Part shown: positions 19,159-20,320 of the stretch, piece by piece
Numbering within the stretch: position 1 is the stretch's first letter
Layout: each line of letters opens with the position of its first letter
Assembly (NCBI GenBank): GCA_963709405.1
Contig: CAVPXM010000003.1
Location: 1 to 20,320 of the forward strand
Direction of reading: 5' to 3'
DNA from: an uncultured Nitrososphaerales archaeon
GTDB lineage: Archaea; Thermoproteota; Nitrososphaeria; Nitrososphaerales; Nitrososphaeraceae
DNA: 20,320 nt
The notes under the pieces: generated by a model
What the model saw: the letters and a program-made list of their open reading frames with translations, nothing else
Told to the model about the DNA's origin: nothing
The model's database searches: none
Translations under genes and position numbers: made by a program

Positions 19159-19434
19159 CTACCGGTGATTGAATTTCCAGTGATTGAAATTGCAGTTATT
19201 GAATTTCCAGTGATTGAATTTCCAGTGATGGGAATTCCAGTGATTGAAATTGCAGTCATTGAACTTCGAGTGATGTCTCGATATATGATGACTGTGACTA
19301 CCTTTCTTGCCGTGGTCATTATGTTTCCCTCCGGCAAATACTTCGTTACTAACAATTGGTGCTATTGCTAGCAGGGACAAAGTAATCATTAGAACGCTTG
19401 TACCAAGGATTAATGAAGTTTGTTTGGATAGCAT
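19159..19434 (-). CDS. Small secreted His-rich protein with pentapeptide repeats (possibly frameshifted; alternative frame ends at 19089)
   Basis: Signal peptide MLSKQTSLILGTSVLMITLSLLAIAPIVSNEVFA, then GGKHNDHGKKGSHSHHISRHH. TTTAAA lies about 26 nt upstream of the ATG. Confidence 0.65.
   Translation of the reverse strand: MLSKQTSLILGTSVLMITLSLLAIAPIVSNEVFAGGKHNDHGKKGSHSHHISRHHSKFNDCNFNHWNSHHWKFNHWKFNNCNFNHWKFNHR
19165..19275. repeat. 15-bp tandem repeat, about 7.4 units, consensus GTGATTGAATTTCCA
   Basis: Units start at 19165, 19180, 19195, 19210, 19225, 19240, 19255 and 19270 with no spacers. Confidence 0.95.
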
Positions 19435-19675
19435 CTTTATTCTATAAGATTCTCACTTGTTTAAAGAAAAAGATTAAAGATTCAAAAAAATTCTCTTAAA
19501 ATAATTTTATTATAATGTACCTACAAAAAGTGTTAGTATATTATTATTGATTATTCTTCAGAAGGTTACCCAGAATGAAGAATGACTTACATATTTAGGT
19601 TCATGGATAGAAAGGATAGGATCAAAAATCGGTGGCGTTTGGTTTGTTGGTGTGGCTGGTCAGCTATTAACAAAG

Positions 19676-20320
19676 TCAAGGAATATTAAAAGACGTCTTG
19701 TGATGTAACGTTAGTGCCAGGCCGATATTAGGCACTACATATTTTAACAAGTCATTAGCAGTTGAATATAATGCTCCTGCAGGTTGAATTGCTTCTGGAA
19801 CCAATTCAAGATTAACTTCTTTACCACGAATATGACCTTTAGTTAATCTGGATTTAAGAGCATCAGAAAGGCTCATTACTGTACTATTCATTGTAATTCC
19901 AGTACCACCATGCCTAGCATACTTAAGATTCTGTCTTTAACAAATTGGGCATATGGAACACCTGCTCTTATGGACAGAATATAACCCAAAAGACCCATAC
20001 CAAAATCAGAATAGTTAGCCTTGGTTCCTGGTTCAGTTTGGAGTGGAGTATTTGAAAGAAAATTGTAGACCTGCTGAATAGTGTAGGTACGGTTTCTAAT
20101 CCTTTTGGTACCTTAACAGTAGCGGGAAGGTACCTTTCAATTGGATCGTCTAGGTTAACTAAACCTTGCTTTACCATATCAGCTAAAAGCGTTGTAGTAA
20201 ATGTTTTTGTAATAGAAGTAATATCAAAGATCGTATTTCCATTTACTTTTGTACTATTTGCTTTAGTTATATTTCCATAGCCGTATACTTAAGTACCATT
20301 TGGAGTAATGATGCCTAGGA
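19676..20320 (-). pseudogene. Serine hydrolase (beta-lactamase/PBP-like) pseudogene; runs off the window edge
   Basis: IFDITSITKTF (SxxK), LDDPIERYLP, PGTKANYSDFGMGLLG and PAGALYSTANDLLKY. Broken by an in-frame TAA at 20289-20291, loss of the LxTHTSG segment near 20100, and further frameshifts. Confidence 0.9.

Noticed and set aside
19165-19275. 15-bp array as a CRISPR array
   Set aside because: Units are head-to-tail with no unique spacers, are too short, lie inside an ORF, and no cas genes are present.
19165-19371. Plus-strand ORF with VIEFP repeats
   Set aside because: Antisense shadow of the stop-free repeat; the signal peptide and TATA box are on the minus strand.
733-19434. A coordinated metal-homeostasis island (Zn finger, cupredoxin, Ni-binding, His-rich peptide)
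   Set aside because: The genes are scattered, not operonic, and half are pseudogenes; such families are common in this lineage.

Overview
AT-rich, low-coding-density archaeal DNA. The gene content (PsbP-like secreted protein, P-II, FUN14, plastocyanin-type cupredoxin remnant, RadA paralogue, SxxK serine hydrolase) and TATA boxes about 26-28 nt upstream of start codons suggest a soil ammonia-oxidising archaeon (Nitrososphaeraceae); this assignment is an inference. The window is mostly a mosaic of gene fragments and frameshifted pseudogenes, with a few apparently intact genes. The best-supported element is an IS1595-family insertion (9017..9944) with imperfect TIRs and an exact 8-bp target duplication TTAACTTT, inserted in the 3' end of a truncated tyrosine integrase. 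It lies within what looks like a decayed integrative element (~4.9-10.25 kb). Most notable: a perfect 21-bp palindrome inside a putative DNA-binding gene, two separate radA-like remnants around FUN14, a non-canonical orphan P-II, a (CTAA)n tract at a gene-breakage junction, and a signal-peptide gene whose 15-bp repeat array is open in several frames. No rRNA, tRNA or CRISPR array was seen, and no complete novel system can be demonstrated from the sequence alone. Family assignments come from motif recognition, not database searches.
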